A program made the position numbers and the translations under genes. From Spirulina sp. (GTDB lineage: Bacteria; Cyanobacteriota; Cyanobacteriia; Phormidesmidales; Phormidesmidaceae), in assembly GCA_044070495.1 (NCBI GenBank), contig JBIPSI010000013.1, positions 1 through 64,000 of the forward strand: a stretch of DNA of 64,000 nucleotides, read 5' to 3'. The notes beneath the pieces are model-generated. The model saw only the letters and a program-made list of their open reading frames with translations. It did no database searches and was not told where the DNA came from. How positions within the stretch are numbered: position 1 is the first letter of the stretch; each line of letters begins with the position of its first letter. This document shows, in pieces, positions 60,925-64,000 of the stretch.

Positions 60925-61590
60925 CTAGGTGGCCAGGGCCGTAAATAGTTCGGAAATCGCCTGGGGGGTGGCCTCTTCCTGGGCCACAATTTCTACGATG
61001 CGGTTGCGGGCAGCGGGTTCAAACAGTGCCTCTACACAAACCTCCGCCACCTTCATGCGGGGCAGGCTACCCTCAAACAGCGTATCCGCTGGGGCCATCA
61101 CCAGAGGGCGCGGATCCTCGTCTTCGTTTTTGAGGCCACCAGGGCGCACGATGGTGTAGGTTAGGCCGCTGCGTTGCAGGTAGGCTTCCGCCTGTTTCTT
61201 CCAGTAGAGCACCAGCCAAAACAGGTTCAGCGGGTGAAAGAATTGGGAGACACAGAGGGAAGATACCATCACAAAGTGCTCAATTCCGGCGGCTTTGGCG
61301 GCATCAACCAGGTTTTTGGTGCCTTCGTAATCCACCTGGTACGGCCCCGTGGGGTCGAGGCTGGGGCGGGCACCCGTGGCGCAAATCAGCACCGTACAGC
61401 CCCCTAGGGCGGCTTGTAGACTGGCTTTGTTGCCTACCTCCCCCTGCACCAGTTCTACCTCTGGGGGCAGTTTGGCCTGGGCGGTGTCCACATCTCGCAC
61501 CAGGGCTTTGACCGGAATGCCGCGCTGCACCAATTGCGCCACAATCCGCGATCCCGTTGCTCCGGTGGCCCCGGCTACCAATACTTTCAT
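60925..61590 (-). CDS. atypical SDR NAD(P)H-binding protein
   Basis: VAGATGATG, VDYEGTKNL and YTIVRPGGL. Confidence 0.88.
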   Translation of the reverse strand: MKVLVAGATGATGSRIVAQLVQRGIPVKALVRDVDTAQAKLPPEVELVQGEVGNKASLQAALGGCTVLICATGARPSLDPTGPYQVDYEGTKNLVDAAKAAGIEHFVMVSSLCVSQFFHPLNLFWLVLYWKKQAEAYLQRSGLTYTIVRPGGLKNEDEDPRPLVMAPADTLFEGSLPRMKVAEVCVEALFEPAARNRIVEIVAQEEATPQAISELFTALAT

Positions 61591-62228
61591 CGTTCTATCC
61601 CTGCCAACGCTAAAGGCTCCTAGGTAAACACTCTATACCGCTCTCACGATCAGGAGCCGCCCTAGGGTCGGAAACCTCCTTCAAGATTGCGCAGGATCGC
61701 TACCTTCAGCGGCGAAGCCATTTCCAGCAGCGGTAACGGTTCTTAATCTTTCTGCAATCTGGGATAGAAGCCTAGAAACCCTCCTTCTACAAGCGGTTTG
61801 CCCCCAGGTCTAAGGACGCTAAAATTTGGGGTTCATTACAAATTGCGTCTGCCGTATACAGGGTTAGTTATAGTGGTTTTGTATCAATGGTAACCATTAA
61901 ATGACCTCATCTTCTCGTAAGCAAGACCGCCGTGGCGGTTCCTTTATTCAGTGGTCGGCGGTGTCCTCCTCTGGGCAACCTCCCAGCCGACGGCCCGATC
62001 CCGGCTTTGTGGTTGATCGGCAGCGGCTCTATCATTATTTATCCTCCCTAGAAAGCTTATCTGGGGAGTAGAATCTGCCGCCGTCCGAGAAGGAAGTGGA
62101 TGGGAACAAGGTTGGGTAAGATCCGTGGACGACTAAGCTAACACGAAAGGTCGATTGGGTGTATTCTGTTTTCGTAATTTTTCGGTTCGCCCCTCCTCCC
62201 CGTCGTTCGTTATGGAAGCCCCAGGATT

Positions 62229-62654
62229 ATGAGCACAGATTTTCAGTCGGATACCTCCTTCTCGGAACCGGAAAAGCCCATGGTAGATATCAAAGAATCC
62301 GAATCCACCGCCGAAACCCTAGGCGACGAAGCCACCCGGCAAATTAAGCAAGTGTGGGAAAAGGTCTCTAGCCTGCTGGGCGACCTACCCGATTATGTGT
62401 CTGAGTTTTTTAAGCAATACCGTCGGCCCATCGTCACCATTGGCCTGATTGTGGCGGCGATCATTGCCGTGAAGATCGTCCTAGCGCTGCTGGACGCCAT
62501 CAACGATCTGCCCCTGCTGGCCCCCACCTTTGAACTTATCGGCCTGTTCTATACCGGCTGGTTCCTCTATCGCTACCTGCTGAAGGCCTCCAACCGTCAA
62601 GAACTCCTCGACGACATTGCCTCCATTCGGGATCAGGTGCTCGGCAAAAACTAG
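62229..62654 (+). CDS. curT: thylakoid curvature protein (CAAD domain)
   Basis: LDAINDLPLLAPTFELIGLFYTGWFLYRYLL. Confidence 0.88.
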   Translation: MSTDFQSDTSFSEPEKPMVDIKESESTAETLGDEATRQIKQVWEKVSSLLGDLPDYVSEFFKQYRRPIVTIGLIVAAIIAVKIVLALLDAINDLPLLAPTFELIGLFYTGWFLYRYLLKASNRQELLDDIASIRDQVLGKN

Positions 62655-62766
62655 CGCCCCACTCCCCCAATCAAGTACGGTTACTGTCCCCTGCGGTCTT
62701 GAGGTCGAATTTCTATACTGTGAGTAACGCCCACCGTTAGACCTCCCACCCAGGGGATTTCCATCT

Positions 62767-64000
62767 ATGGCCGATTCCAAAGTCCTCATCAAAGCCATCG
62801 AACGCCTCGACCATCGCGTCACCATCGGCGATGTGGCCGCCGAGGCAGGCTTACCCCTCCACGAAGCCCAGCAGGGCGTCTTGGCCCTCGCCAGCGACGT
62901 TCAGGCCCACCTGCAAGTGTCTGAAGCGGGGGAAATCGCCTACGTCTTTCCTAAAAATATCCAGGCCATCCTGCTCAACAAATCCTGGAAACTACGCTGG
63001 CAAGCCACCTGGGAAAAAGTGTGGCGAATTTTGTTTTACCTAATCCGCATCTCCTTTGGGATTGTGTTGATCCTCTCCCTAGTGCTGATTGTGTTAGCCA
63101 TTATTGCGCTGGCCATCGCGGCCACAGCGGCCTCCCAACAGGGCAATGATCGACGGGACAATCGTTCCGGTGGGGGCATGATTTTTATCCCCAGAATGTG
63201 GTTTGGGCCAGATTTGTTTCGGATGTTCGACTATCGCTACTCCCGTCGTCCTGCCAAACCCGTTGCCGCCGACAGCAAGATGAATTTTCTGGAAGCGATT
63301 TTCTCCTTCCTCTTTGGCGATGGTGATCCTAATGCCGATTTAGAAGAACGTCGCTGGCAGGCCATTGCGTCAGTCGTGAAGGCTAACGGTGGTGTCGTTG
63401 TAGCCGAACAGGTCGCCCCTTTTCTGAGCGATCTGGGTCAAGGCTGGAGTAAGGAATTTGAGGACTTTATGATTCCGGTGCTGAGCCGCTTTAATGGTGT
63501 GCCGGAAGTCAGCCCAGAGGGAGGCATTGTCTACCAATTTCCTGAGCTACAGGTGACAGCCCAGGAGCGTCGGAAAATTTCGCCGCCTCAATTTTTACAA
63601 GAACTTCCCCGCAAGTTTAGCCACGCCAGTTCTGGGCAAATTATGGGAGCCATCGCCCTGGGCAGTGCCAACTTTATCGGTGCTTTAGTTCTGGGTTCTA
63701 TGTTGCAGGATCAATCCCTAGTAGCCAGTGCCGGAGAGTTGGTAATTTTCGTTAACTCTATCTACGTGCTGCTGTTGGGCTATGGCTCTGCCTTTTTGGG
63801 TATTCCCCTAATTCGCTATTTTTGGGTGCAACGGCAGAACGGCAAAATCGCTCGTCGCAACCAAGACCGTGAACAACGGGCCGAAACTCTGGCTCAACTC
63901 GATGATCCGGTGCGGGAAAAGCTGTCCTTTGCTAAAACCTTGGCTAGCCAAACCATCGTTACCGCCGAAAACTTGGCCTACAGCACCGAAACGGATTTAG
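62767..64000 (+). CDS. conserved cyanobacterial/plastid membrane protein, truncated by the window end
   Basis: open frame MADSKVLIKAIERLDHRVTIGDVAAEAG...FLEAIFSFLFGDGDPN... Confidence 0.8.
   Translation, partial: MADSKVLIKAIERLDHRVTIGDVAAEAGLPLHEAQQGVLALASDVQAHLQVSEAGEIAYVFPKNIQAILLNKSWKLRWQATWEKVWRILFYLIRISFGIVLILSLVLIVLAIIALAIAATAASQQGNDRRDNRSGGGMIFIPRMWFGPDLFRMFDYRYSRRPAKPVAADSKMNFLEAIFSFLFGDGDPNADLEERRWQAIASVVKANGGVVVAEQVAPFLSDLGQGWSKEFEDFMIPVLSRFNGVPEVSPEGGIVYQFPELQVTAQERRKISPPQFLQELPRKFSHASSGQIMGAIALGSANFIGALVLGSMLQDQSLVASAGELVIFVNSIYVLLLGYGSAFLGIPLIRYFWVQRQNGKIARRNQDREQRAETLAQLDDPVREKLSFAKTLASQTIVTAENLAYSTETDL

Overview
A GC-rich chromosomal region from a cyanobacterium, probably a filamentous Leptolyngbya/Nodosilinea-like strain, judging by psb30, curT, cugP, desC, urtA, a ycf29-type regulator and the rpmH-rnpA-yidC-jag cluster. 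Most of the window is housekeeping genes, with two accessory areas of note. (1) About 1.9-11.6 kb is a nitrogen-scavenging cluster. Two divergent guanidine-I (ykkC-yxkD) riboswitches sit back to back. One precedes the guanidine hydrolase operon gdmH-(inserted gene pair)-ghaA-ghaB. The other precedes a sodium:solute symporter, a candidate guanidine importer of a different family from the usual ABC transporter. URC1- and URC4-like uracil-catabolism genes follow the operon. (2) About 37.8-40.9 kb encodes a DUF4157 (eCIS-associated) protein with a C-terminal barnase/RNase Sa-type domain, followed by a barstar-like immunity gene and a 131-bp MITE. Also present: an MNT-HEPN toxin-antitoxin pair, four Uma2 nucleases, a hemW 5' fragment, an IS remnant, REP-like and dispersed repeats, a His-tailed ferrochelatase paralog, a solo NurA and tRNA-Pro(CGG). 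All calls come from reading the sequence by eye and recalling protein families; no searches or counts were run.
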